NCBI GenBank assembly: GCA_028286465.1
Contig: JAQBRN010000017.1
Coordinates: forward strand, 1-46,968
Direction: 5' to 3'
Source: Parcubacteria group bacterium
Lineage (GTDB): Bacteria; Patescibacteriota; Minisyncoccia; Phycocordibacterales; Zambryskibacteraceae
Length of the DNA stretch: 46,968 bases
In this document: positions 27,844 through 37,083 of the stretch, piece by piece
Numbering within the stretch: the first letter of the stretch is position 1
Layout of the letters: every line of letters begins with the position of its first letter
Notes under the pieces: generated by a model
The model's database searches: none
What the model was told of the DNA's origin: nothing
What the model saw: only the letters and a program-made list of their open reading frames with translations
Translations under genes and position numbers: made by a program

Positions 27844-28907
27844 GTCTGTGTTGCTAATATGTTCTCGAATATCGGTATGATCGTCTGGCCCAACACCTTC
27901 GGAGTCAGGTTGTTTTGCACATATGTATAGGCGTTTTCTGCGATTTCCCTCCTCAATTCCGGATTGCCTTTTAACTCTAGCATAGATTGCGCGATAGCAT
28001 CACTATCGCCCCTTTTGCAGTAAAAAATGTGCTTCTTGTGCTCGAAATGCTCCCGGCTCGCAAGCGATTCCCCGGTCAGTACGGGAACCTTGAGCGCCAT
28101 GAGCTCGTAGACCTTATTGGCGATCACCCGGTCGATCTTCGCGCTCGTGCTGAAGAAACCAAGACCGAGATCGGCGGTACTGACCTTCCTCACAAGTTCC
28201 TCCGGCTTCATGGGCGGGAAAAATAGCACGTTCGAAAGCGAAAGTTCGCGGGCGAGATCCTGCATGCGCTTGTATTCGGAACCTCCGCCGATGATCCAGA
28301 GTTCCATGTTTTCGTTCTCGAGCTTTTTCATCGCATGCATGACAAGGTCCATGCCGTTCAAAAGCTGGATGTATCCGTGGAAGGAAATGACGAATTTCTC
28401 GTTCTTCGGAAGATCGACGTCCGGGAGGGCGAACACTCCGTCGTCGATGCCGTGATACACGACGATGAACTTCTCTTCGGGGATATGCAGGAGACGCGAC
28501 ACATATGCCACATGCTCATGCGTATCAAGAAGGACTTTGTCCGCCAGTCTGCACGAGAGCCAGTCGAGGCAATAGAAATAGAGCGCCTGAATCGAGATCT
28601 TCGGATACTTCTTCCTCTCGAGGATGATCGAGTCGTAGTAGGAAACATGAAGGTCGAAAATAACGGGCTTTCTCGTTAAGAGTTTGGCGAAAGGAACCAT
28701 AATCTGTCCGGGGAATCCGACGATCATGCAATCGAAATCCTTCGGAAGAGCGAGATACCGCTTCAGGAGCTTCCAGTATTTCACGGGGCCCTTTGTCGTA
28801 TCGATCACTTCGACGACATCGATGCCGTTCTGCCTGAAGGCCTTGATGATATTCTTGTTGCGGGCGTAGCGGCTGTCGTAGATGCCGAAGTAGCAGATCT
28901 TTTTCAT
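27840..28907 (-). CDS. Glycosyltransferase family 4
   Basis: YARN, FHGYIQLLNG, LGFF...KIDRVIANKVYELMA. Confidence 0.85.
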   Translation of the reverse strand: MKKICYFGIYDSRYARNKNIIKAFRQNGIDVVEVIDTTKGPVKYWKLLKRYLALPKDFDCMIVGFPGQIMVPFAKLLTRKPVIFDLHVSYYDSIILERKKYPKISIQALYFYCLDWLSCRLADKVLLDTHEHVAYVSRLLHIPEEKFIVVYHGIDDGVFALPDVDLPKNEKFVISFHGYIQLLNGMDLVMHAMKKLENENMELWIIGGGSEYKRMQDLARELSLSNVLFFPPMKPEELVRKVSTADLGLGFFSTSAKIDRVIANKVYELMALKVPVLTGESLASREHFEHKKHIFYCKRGDSDAIAQSMLELKGNPELRREIAENAYTYVQNNLTPKVLGQTIIPIFENILATQT

Positions 28908-28910
28908 ACC

Positions 28911-29645
28911 TTATCTGACCATTTTTTTAAAGGCCGCAAATGTCACCGAGGAATCGATCTGTATCCGGGGAAGCTTGAACGGATCGTCTCCCCGCTGTAT
29001 ATACCTCGCTTCCTTCGTCACTGCCCCGAGCCACTGCCCTCCTGTCCTTACGTATTCGACGATCTCAGGGGTATATCTGCCTTTGGGATAACCCAAAATG
29101 TCAGCGGGCTTATTGGTCAGGGACTCGAGTGCCACCCTCGACCCGTTGATCTCCTTTACCGCTTCGGCGAAAGGCAGCTTGGAGAGATCGACCGAGGTCT
29201 TTGATTGCGGCATGAATTCTATAAGGCTATTCGCCGTCGATGCCCGCCTGATATCGCCCTCGCTCATCACCGCGAGCGCGACCTTGCTCTTCGTGGGGTG
29301 TACTCCCTGTCCAAGCGTGCCGGTCACTAAGAAGACCGTCGCCGGAAAATTGTATCTTTTGAGTACGGGAAAGGCGTTCTTGAAAAAATCGAAATATCCG
29401 TTATCGAAGGTAAGCGCGATGCAGCCCTTGCTGTCCTCGCCTCTCTCGAGCATCAGGCACATGCGTGAAAGCGGCACGACCTTGTATTTCTTTTCTTTGA
29501 TATATCTCATCTGACGCTCGAATTCTTCGGGCGGAGTCGTCGAGAGAAGCCCGTTCGCATCGATAGAATGATACGAAAGGATCATTCCTCCACGGTTGAA
29601 AGCGGGAAATAGTGTTGATATAAGGCGTCTAAACAGGTTTGGCAT
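28911..29645 (-). CDS. Polysaccharide deacetylase (CE4/NodB) homolog with degenerate catalytic motifs
   Basis: ILSYHSI, FERQM, LTFDNG (canonical TFDDG), ATVFLVTG, QSKTS in place of H(S/T)xxH, GYPKG, LPRI. Start MPNLF (29645). Confidence 0.75.
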   Translation of the reverse strand: MPNLFRRLISTLFPAFNRGGMILSYHSIDANGLLSTTPPEEFERQMRYIKEKKYKVVPLSRMCLMLERGEDSKGCIALTFDNGYFDFFKNAFPVLKRYNFPATVFLVTGTLGQGVHPTKSKVALAVMSEGDIRRASTANSLIEFMPQSKTSVDLSKLPFAEAVKEINGSRVALESLTNKPADILGYPKGRYTPEIVEYVRTGGQWLGAVTKEARYIQRGDDPFKLPRIQIDSSVTFAAFKKMVR

Positions 29646-30681
29646 TGAGTTGATCCGTGATGCGCTCGATGAGCGCCCTGACATCATACTCTAGTCTTAC
29701 TTTCCCTTCGAGCTCGCTTACGGCTTTCTGCCTCATACTTTCGTCCATAGCAAGGAATGCGATGATGCGATGCGCGAGGCTTTCCGCATCGTCAAATTCG
29801 TAAGAGAACATCTCCCAGTGCGGACCGAGCACTCCCTTGAATGCCTTGTTAGAAACGAAAGCGGGATGGCCTGCAGCCAAAGATCCGAGCACGGCCTTAT
29901 CCATGCCGCCGTCGGGCGCGGCGTTGATCGAGATGGTCGAAGCGGTGAATGTCTTCGCATCATCATTCGATTCATCCCATGTCAGCAGATCCTGTATGCC
30001 GAGTTCCCGGGCCAGAGCCTGAAGCGTTGTCTTGTAGTCTCTGTCTTCGGGCATGACCGGCGCGCCGGTCATGCGGATGTCTCCGATGCGGATTCCCCTG
30101 TCGATGAGAAGCTTCGAGGCTTTAAGGACGGTGTCGATATGCTTTATCTTCGTAATGCGTCCAAGGTGAAGAATACGGAGAGGTTCGGAAAAATCCGCAA
30201 CAGCTGCGGGAAATTTATCCACATCGATCCCGTGCCCGACGAATCGCACCTTCGAACTTTTGATCCCGAAGCTCTCTCTAGCCGAGGTGAAGATGATATC
30301 GGAAAGGAACGTTGCGATCCTGAGCTTCGGATCGACCTGACGGTGCACATACCAGAGCGCGATCTTCTTGTGAAGCATCTTCCATAACTCCCCGCCGAGA
30401 ATGACATATTCGGGATTCATGTGGACGAACACGACATCGTACTCTTTTCTTAAGGACCAGATATACCGATAGAAATTGCTTGCATACCCGACACGCGAGA
30501 CCCCTTTCTCTTTTCCGAGGCTGTATACCGAGACATTCGCCGGGAGATCGTGCGTACCCTCTTCGAGGCAAATAACCGAGACCTTTTCATAGTACTTCGA
30601 AAACTCGATGATCCAGCCATGGAAGAAGCCGAGGACCGGATCATTCCTGTCTACCTTTTGAGTGACGATAAGAAGCTTCAT
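29629..30681 (-). CDS. Glycosyltransferase family 4
   Basis: TQKVD..DPVLGFFHGWI, HGIDV, GRITKIK, GGMDKAVL. Confidence 0.82.
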   Translation of the reverse strand: MKLLIVTQKVDRNDPVLGFFHGWIIEFSKYYEKVSVICLEEGTHDLPANVSVYSLGKEKGVSRVGYASNFYRYIWSLRKEYDVVFVHMNPEYVILGGELWKMLHKKIALWYVHRQVDPKLRIATFLSDIIFTSARESFGIKSSKVRFVGHGIDVDKFPAAVADFSEPLRILHLGRITKIKHIDTVLKASKLLIDRGIRIGDIRMTGAPVMPEDRDYKTTLQALARELGIQDLLTWDESNDDAKTFTASTISINAAPDGGMDKAVLGSLAAGHPAFVSNKAFKGVLGPHWEMFSYEFDDAESLAHRIIAFLAMDESMRQKAVSELEGKVRLEYDVRALIERITDQLNAKPV

Positions 30682-31832
30682 TCGTGTATGCGGCTAGCAG
30701 TCGTTTCCCAATTCTCCTTAAGCTTCGCGAGATAAGCATCTTTCGTCACGAGCTTTGCTTCGAGCGTGCGCTTCAAATGAGTGCGCATCGTTTCCCTGCG
30801 GGCATTATCCTGGATGAGATCATAGACAGCCTTCCACATGAATTCATCGTCGTCCTGAGGACATACGACCGCATCGATGCCGTTCTCGAGTTCCGTCGCG
30901 ATACCGACCGGCGTCGTCACGACAGGCAGGCCCGAAAGACCGGCCTCGACGAGTGCGAGGCCGTATCCTTCGAAGCGCGAAGTTTGTAGGAAAAGATTCG
31001 CCGTCCTATAAAAGGAGGTAACATCCTCCTGCCAGCCGGCAAAGATAACCTGATTGGAGACTCCCAAGGACTTCGAAAGATCTTTCAAATTTCCTTCCTC
31101 GGGTCCCGCACCGACGAGGACGAGTCCGGCATCGGGGAAATACGCATGCACTTTCGCAAGCACCCGAATAGCCTGCGCCACGTTCTTCTCTTTCGTCAGG
31201 CGCGCCACGACAAGCAAGATGAAATGGAAGCCGTAACGCGCATGGAGATCGAAGGAAACTTTGCCCTCCTCGATTCGGTTCATATCGATATAGATCGGCA
31301 GCACAAAGATCTTCCCCGCGCCGAAACCGAATTCGGCCTGGATCCTCTCAGCCACGCCCCGGCTCACCGTGCGTACCGAATCGGCGGATTTTAAAACGGA
31401 ACGGGCGAAAAACTTCCGAACGCCGTTCTGGAATCCCGAAAAGTACGGGGAGAACGGATCGCCATGAAGCTGCACTTCGAGCGGGATCCTCCATGTATTT
31501 TTTACCCGTACGCCGGCCCATCCGCATTCAAGAGAGTCGGCTGTCACGAGGGACTTCCCTCTGACGAACTTTTTATCGAGGACGATCTTCTTCCCGAGAC
31601 TCGCCGCGCCGAGCGGACGCAGGAAACTCGCCCCCGAATTCGTCGGGTAGACCCAAACATTCGTGTCGAGCTTCGTCTCTTTCAAACCGTGCGTTTTATC
31701 GCACATAAGGACGATATGAAGCTCTTCTACAAGCTTCCCGTATTCTTTCATCCGCAAAGAAACCGCGCTTCCGGGGACGGCGATATTCCTGTCGCTTGAG
31801 ATCATGAGGACCTTCAGTCCGCCGAATTCCAT
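30678..31832 (-). CDS. Glycosyltransferase family 4
   Basis: QLHGD, VARLTKEKN, SRFEGYGLALVEAGLSGLPVVTTPVG. Confidence 0.88.
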   Translation of the reverse strand: MEFGGLKVLMISSDRNIAVPGSAVSLRMKEYGKLVEELHIVLMCDKTHGLKETKLDTNVWVYPTNSGASFLRPLGAASLGKKIVLDKKFVRGKSLVTADSLECGWAGVRVKNTWRIPLEVQLHGDPFSPYFSGFQNGVRKFFARSVLKSADSVRTVSRGVAERIQAEFGFGAGKIFVLPIYIDMNRIEEGKVSFDLHARYGFHFILLVVARLTKEKNVAQAIRVLAKVHAYFPDAGLVLVGAGPEEGNLKDLSKSLGVSNQVIFAGWQEDVTSFYRTANLFLQTSRFEGYGLALVEAGLSGLPVVTTPVGIATELENGIDAVVCPQDDDEFMWKAVYDLIQDNARRETMRTHLKRTLEAKLVTKDAYLAKLKENWETTASRIHE

Positions 31833-31882
31833 GCCGGTATTATAGCTTTATTTATAGGGTTTTTGAATGTATAGTGGCATAT

Positions 31883-33034
31883 ATGAAGATCGTCCTGGCA
31901 ACCCCCATCTATCCGCCCGAGATCGGCGGTCCGGCCACTTACACGAAGGAACTTGCCGAGCGTCTGCACGAAACGCACAAGCTCACGGTCGTCGCTCTGA
32001 CGGATTCCCGCGAGGCCTTTCCTGGTACCACACTCGTCGCCGTATCCAAGCGCCGGCCGCTTCCCGTCCGACTCGTACGATTTTTCTTCGCCGTATTGAA
32101 GGCATCATCCGGCGCCGATCTTATCTATGTGCAGAATGCTATGGCTGCGGGGCTTCCGGTGGCACTCGTCTCCATGCTTCGCGGTACGCCCTTCATACTT
32201 AAATTCGTCGGCGACGAAGCATGGGAGCGCGCCACCCAGGCGAAGCTTACTCAGAAACGCCTCGAAGAATTCTTGGAACATCCGGACGGACCGCTCAAGA
32301 TCAAGCTGATGATGATGACCCAGGGCTTCGTTCTCAGACGGGCAAAGATCGTCACGACGCCTTCGGAATATTTAGGCAAGGCCATACAGAAGGCCTATCG
32401 CATCGATCCGAAGAAGGTCATCACCAATTACAACGCCGCCGACGATACGGAAACGCTTCCCTTCGAAGCGAAGCCCGTCAGGCATCAGATCGTCACCACG
32501 GCCCGTCTCACCTCGTGGAAGGGCGTCGATGGCATTATCCGCGCCACGGCAATTCTTAAGAAGACGTATCCCGATATCCGCTTCGTCTGTGCGGGCGACG
32601 GTCCCGAAATGGAAAATTTAAAAGCGCTCGTGAAGGAACTCCATGTCGAGAACGAGGTCAGCCTTTTAGGCAAGATCTCCCGCGCCGAAACCTGGCAACT
32701 CAGGAAGAACTCCGAAGTCTATGTGCTGAACTCGACCTACGAAGGCTTGCCGCATACGGTCCTCACTTCGTTCGCCGCTGAGATCCCGACCGTTGCCACG
32801 GACATTCCAGGGACGAACGAGGCTGTGTATAACGAAAACACCGGCCTTCTTGTCCCTGCCGAAGATCCCGAAGCCGTTGCCAAGGCCGTCGAGCGCTATT
32901 TCGAAAATCCCGCTTTAGCTAAACGCATGGTTGAGAATGGATCGAAGCTCTTGCGCTCCAAATTCTCCTGGGACACACACCTCGAGAATCTAGAGAGCTT
33001 CTTTCAGTCTGTTGTCGCGAAGCCAGTTCACTAA
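31883..33034 (+). CDS. Glycosyltransferase family 4
   Basis: YPPEIGGPATY, ARLTSWKG, NSTYEGLPHTV, ATDIPGTNE, FSW. ATG at 31883 preferred (TATAGT 7 nt upstream). Confidence 0.88.
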   Translation: MKIVLATPIYPPEIGGPATYTKELAERLHETHKLTVVALTDSREAFPGTTLVAVSKRRPLPVRLVRFFFAVLKASSGADLIYVQNAMAAGLPVALVSMLRGTPFILKFVGDEAWERATQAKLTQKRLEEFLEHPDGPLKIKLMMMTQGFVLRRAKIVTTPSEYLGKAIQKAYRIDPKKVITNYNAADDTETLPFEAKPVRHQIVTTARLTSWKGVDGIIRATAILKKTYPDIRFVCAGDGPEMENLKALVKELHVENEVSLLGKISRAETWQLRKNSEVYVLNSTYEGLPHTVLTSFAAEIPTVATDIPGTNEAVYNENTGLLVPAEDPEAVAKAVERYFENPALAKRMVENGSKLLRSKFSWDTHLENLESFFQSVVAKPVH

Positions 33035-33958
33035 TTTTGTAATCCCTTCTTCGATCGAGGTTGTCGGTTTCCAGCCGAGGAGTTCCTTGGCTTTTGTTAT
33101 ATCGGCATAGGTCGATTCCACGCTCGACGTATGGCTCGGACGGCTCTTTACCTTGACTTCGAAGTCCGTCACTCGCTCGAACACACCCACGAGTTCTTTA
33201 AGCGATGTCGGCTGGTTATTACCAAGATTGATGATCTCGAATCCGAGAGGTTTCTCCATGGCGCGAATGGTGCCATCGACGATATCTCCTATATATGTAT
33301 AATCGCGCTTTCTCGAGCCGTCGCCGGATATTTCGATCTCTCCACCTTTAAGGATCGCCATGCCCCAGATATACGGCACAAGATCGGGGCGGTTATTCTC
33401 GCCATAAGCATTGAAGTACCTGAGGCATGTGATATTGAGTTTGAAATTATGGTGATACGTATACGCAAGCACTTCATCGGAGCGTTTCGTCATGCCGTAC
33501 GGAGAGAGCGGCCTGTCGGCGATATCGTCTTCCTTCCAGGGCATGCGGTCGCTGTTGCCGTAGACGGATGATGACGAGGCGATGACGGTATTCAGAACAT
33601 TGAACTCCTTCGCCAATTCAAGGATATTGATAGTGCCTCCGATGTTGACCTCGACATAGCTGTGCGGCTCGCCGACGGCCTTACGGGTATTGGCCTTCGC
33701 CGCGAGATGAATGACATACGAAATCTTTTCCTTTTGGAATATCTCTTTCACCGCTTCGAAGTCGCAGATATCCGCCCGGTACAGGACGAAGTTCTCGTGC
33801 GAGGAAAGCTCCGCCACGTATCCTTCCTTGTATTTCGGATCATAGAGATCGTCGGCGAAGTTATCGAGACAAAGAACGCGATAACCCTTTTGAAGAAGCG
33901 CCTTAACGGTATTCGAACCGATGAATCCCGCTCCGCCGGTGACAAGGACAGTTTCCAT
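32990..33958 (-). CDS. NAD-dependent epimerase (UDP-glucuronate 4-epimerase-like)
   Basis: VTGGAGFIGS, ASSSSVYG, PLSPYGMTK, LRYFNAYG..RPD, RDYTYI. Overlaps the convergent GT4 by 45 bp. Confidence 0.85.
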   Translation of the reverse strand: METVLVTGGAGFIGSNTVKALLQKGYRVLCLDNFADDLYDPKYKEGYVAELSSHENFVLYRADICDFEAVKEIFQKEKISYVIHLAAKANTRKAVGEPHSYVEVNIGGTINILELAKEFNVLNTVIASSSSVYGNSDRMPWKEDDIADRPLSPYGMTKRSDEVLAYTYHHNFKLNITCLRYFNAYGENNRPDLVPYIWGMAILKGGEIEISGDGSRKRDYTYIGDIVDGTIRAMEKPLGFEIINLGNNQPTSLKELVGVFERVTDFEVKVKSRPSHTSSVESTYADITKAKELLGWKPTTSIEEGITKLVNWLRDNRLKEAL

Positions 33959-33998
33959 AATTGCTTAAAGTATGGCCCTACTATAGGATGAAACCACC

Positions 33999-35069
33999 AT
34001 GAACGCAACAAAACTCTCGGCCATTCAAGAATCTTTAAAGACGCTCGGATTCACTCTCGAAAACGAGCAGCCGCATATTGCCGGAGAGCGCTTCCTCATG
34101 GCCAAGGAGAAGCTCGTCCTCGTCGGCAAGCGCGACTCTGACGGCAAGCGTGTTGCTATCAAGGCAAGCATCACCGAGGCGGGCAGGAGAGATATCACGA
34201 ACGAGAAAAACGCCCGGGATCTTCTCCAGTCCGTTGCCTTCACCAATCAAGCTATTCACTTCCCCGAAGAGCTTCTTTGGACTGAGAAAGACGGCACGCT
34301 CTTCTGGGCCATAGAATTCATCGAGCAGGAGAAGGTCTTCGTCGCCCACACCCTCGAAGAGCAATTCTTCCTTGCCTTGAACGCCTTCGAAGCCCAGGAA
34401 AGTTTCCACGCCACGACTTATGAACATCTTGAGAAGGTCAAGAAGGTTTTCCCTATTTTCTATGCCCAGGAATACTTCAAGGAGTTCTCGGAGTCGAAAA
34501 GGATTATTATGGAAAAGTATCCGAACACCGAACTGGAACAGACGCTTGATCGAACGGAAGAATTCTTGCGTTCGCACAAGTCAACGATCGATACGTATGC
34601 GAACTACCTGACTCACACCGATTTCGTACCGCACAACTTCCGTATCAGGGGCCGCACCATCTACATGCTCGATTGCGCGCCGGAAGCCCGCACCGTTCAC
34701 TTCGGCAACAAGTACGAGGGCTGGGCCCGCTTCCTCAATTACATGGTCATTCACAACCCCGAACTCGACCGGCTCCTCTCGGAGTATCTGCGAAAGAAGC
34801 GCGGCGAAAACGAGTATCTGAGCTTGCGCCTTATGAGAGCCTACAAGATCGTTTTCCTCCTTCGCTTTTATGCCGAATCGCTCGAAGCGACCGAGGGAGA
34901 CCTGCGCGAGCTGACGCTGAAACGCCTTGCCTTCTGGCACCAGATTTTGAAATATGTCCTCGACGACATGCCGATCCCGAAAGAACTCATCGAAGACTAC
35001 AAGGGCACGCGCGACACATTACGAAGCGATGAAGAAAAGAAAAGGCAGATGGAATTCGCCGTCGCGTAG
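33999..35069 (+). CDS. Protein-kinase-like/APH-family phosphotransferase
   Basis: VAIK (ATP Lys), NE helix C, LTHTDFVPHN (Brenner HxDxxxxN), YMLD. Confidence 0.6.
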   Translation: MNATKLSAIQESLKTLGFTLENEQPHIAGERFLMAKEKLVLVGKRDSDGKRVAIKASITEAGRRDITNEKNARDLLQSVAFTNQAIHFPEELLWTEKDGTLFWAIEFIEQEKVFVAHTLEEQFFLALNAFEAQESFHATTYEHLEKVKKVFPIFYAQEYFKEFSESKRIIMEKYPNTELEQTLDRTEEFLRSHKSTIDTYANYLTHTDFVPHNFRIRGRTIYMLDCAPEARTVHFGNKYEGWARFLNYMVIHNPELDRLLSEYLRKKRGENEYLSLRLMRAYKIVFLLRFYAESLEATEGDLRELTLKRLAFWHQILKYVLDDMPIPKELIEDYKGTRDTLRSDEEKKRQMEFAVA

Positions 35070-35071
35070 GT

Positions 35072-35848
35072 TTATTTGATAGCAGCTATTCCATCAAAGA
35101 GAGCTCTGGTCGATGTGCCGATGATTTGCTGAGGAGTGTCGGCCAAGGTGATTGGAGCGCCGGCGATGTCATAGACTTCTCCGCCCGCTTCTCGCACGAG
35201 AGCCGTAGCAATGGCGATGTCAGCCGTCGTCATCGTGCCATAAATGACGGCGTCCACACGGCCGGAAGCGAGGAAGGCGAGATCAAGAGCCGATGACCCG
35301 AGATTCGTGTTTTTCTTCGCGTGTTCGAGGAAATACTTCTGGAGATTCAACCCCCATTCCCTGACCTCGGTCTTGCGGCCGATATGAAGCAGTATATAAG
35401 CATCTTTCAAAGCGCTGATGTCGGTGACTCGTATCGGCTTGCCATCAAGAAATGCTCCCTTCTCCTTCTCGAAGCTGTAGAGTTCTCTCGTGACGGGATT
35501 GTAAATGGCTCCAACGACCGCTTCGCCGTTCTCAATATATGAAATGACGGTCGCATAATGCGGGATATTGCGTGCGAAGTTAGACGTGCCGTCGATCGGA
35601 TCGATCGACCAGTACGCCGCTTGTCCGGCGATCCCCCCTTCCGTTTCTTCGGAATAAATCATTTCTCCCGGAAATAATTCCTTGATCTTATTCGTTACGA
35701 ATATGTTGACCTCAAGATCGACATTCGTCAGCACGTCGCGCGAATCCCCTCCCTTCGCAGAAATCTCGAGATGCTTCTCTTTGGATGACAGCACGAGTTC
35801 GCCAGCTTCGGTAACGGTAGAAATGATGAAATCGTATCGGTTTTGCAT
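35072..35848 (-). CDS. Inositol monophosphatase family (SuhB-like)
   Basis: LTNVD, YSEE, WSIDPIDGTSNF, GSSALDLAFLASG, DIA..LVREAGG. Confidence 0.88.
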   Translation of the reverse strand: MQNRYDFIISTVTEAGELVLSSKEKHLEISAKGGDSRDVLTNVDLEVNIFVTNKIKELFPGEMIYSEETEGGIAGQAAYWSIDPIDGTSNFARNIPHYATVISYIENGEAVVGAIYNPVTRELYSFEKEKGAFLDGKPIRVTDISALKDAYILLHIGRKTEVREWGLNLQKYFLEHAKKNTNLGSSALDLAFLASGRVDAVIYGTMTTADIAIATALVREAGGEVYDIAGAPITLADTPQQIIGTSTRALFDGIAAIK

Positions 35849-35889
35849 AAGGAGAATATAGCACAGAAAAGGCAGGCACTTTTCATCAA

Positions 35890-37083
35890 CTAAGCCAAAT
35901 CGCTAATCGATGAAAGTGGCGACAAAAAGACTCGTCCCTTCATGTCTCTCGCGATAAGATTCCAATCATATTTTTCCTGCACCATTCTTCTGGCATTGAT
36001 GACGATCTTGTCGTGAAGCACCCGGTCGTTCATAAGTTTTTGTATCTGAAAAGCGATGAGCTTCGGACTCTTCACCGGGACGAAGAGGCCTGTCGGGAGC
36101 TTGTCGGGATTCGCATCGGGGTCAAAGAGGAAATCCGGGATGCCGCCGACAGGTGTGGCAATGACCGGCAGGCCGGCGGCCATGGCCTCGATAAACGAAT
36201 TCCCCATTCCTTCGGAAAGCGACGGACGGATAAAGATATCCGAGATCTTCAAATATTTCGGCAGATCTCTATGCTCGATGAACCCGAGAAATATAACGCG
36301 ATCTTCTATCCCGAGTCTCTTGGCCTGACGTTTCAAATCCTCTTCGAGTTCGCCGACGCCGAGGATAAGGAATTTGATATGGCTCGGCAGGAACTTCAGC
36401 GCATCGATCACGTCGCTTATGGCATTCTTCACATTGAGACGCGAAGTCGTAATCAGATAAAAGTCACCGGGCCGTTTCTGCGATTGTTTTCGAGCTTCTT
36501 CAAGAACCGCTTCGGAAATAGGGCTATTGAAAAGTTCCATGTCGACTCCGTTTGGAATAAGTTCCGAAGTACTCTTAAAGCCGAGCTTCCGCGCACGAGC
36601 AAGAAGATAGTTACTGATCGCGGTCAGCGTATCGGTGCGCGCGAGTGCGAGCCGCCACGAAAGATCGATCAGGCCTCCCCAGCGGTATTTCAAATGACCT
36701 TCCGAATCTCCTTCTTGGAGCGTCAGGATCATAGGGATCTTTTTCTTGCCGGAAAGCCTTCGAAGAATGTTCGTGATGTATCCAGCGCCGCTCGCATAGG
36801 TCGCCATGATGGCCCAGAAGGCATCGTATTCGTGTTTCTTATTCAGCTGCCAGGCCTTCACCGCGCCACGAAAGGGCACGGAGAGCTTATCAAGCATTCC
36901 CATGCCGAATCCGATGCGGTACACCGTGACATTCCCTATTTTCTCGACATCGGGCAAATCTTTCTGCTTGGCGCATATAAGATCGAATTGGATATCGGGA
37001 ATGCGGTCCGTAATTTCCTTGACGGCCACCTCGGCTCCGCCGACCATCGGATAATATGACGTGGAGAAAATGAGGACTCGCAT
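35890..37083 (-). CDS. Glycosyltransferase family 4
   Basis: PMVGGAE, IPNGVD, SRLNVKN, RPSLSEGMGNSFIEAMAAGLPVIATPVGG, YDW. Confidence 0.9.
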   Translation of the reverse strand: MRVLIFSTSYYPMVGGAEVAVKEITDRIPDIQFDLICAKQKDLPDVEKIGNVTVYRIGFGMGMLDKLSVPFRGAVKAWQLNKKHEYDAFWAIMATYASGAGYITNILRRLSGKKKIPMILTLQEGDSEGHLKYRWGGLIDLSWRLALARTDTLTAISNYLLARARKLGFKSTSELIPNGVDMELFNSPISEAVLEEARKQSQKRPGDFYLITTSRLNVKNAISDVIDALKFLPSHIKFLILGVGELEEDLKRQAKRLGIEDRVIFLGFIEHRDLPKYLKISDIFIRPSLSEGMGNSFIEAMAAGLPVIATPVGGIPDFLFDPDANPDKLPTGLFVPVKSPKLIAFQIQKLMNDRVLHDKIVINARRMVQEKYDWNLIARDMKGRVFLSPLSSISDLA

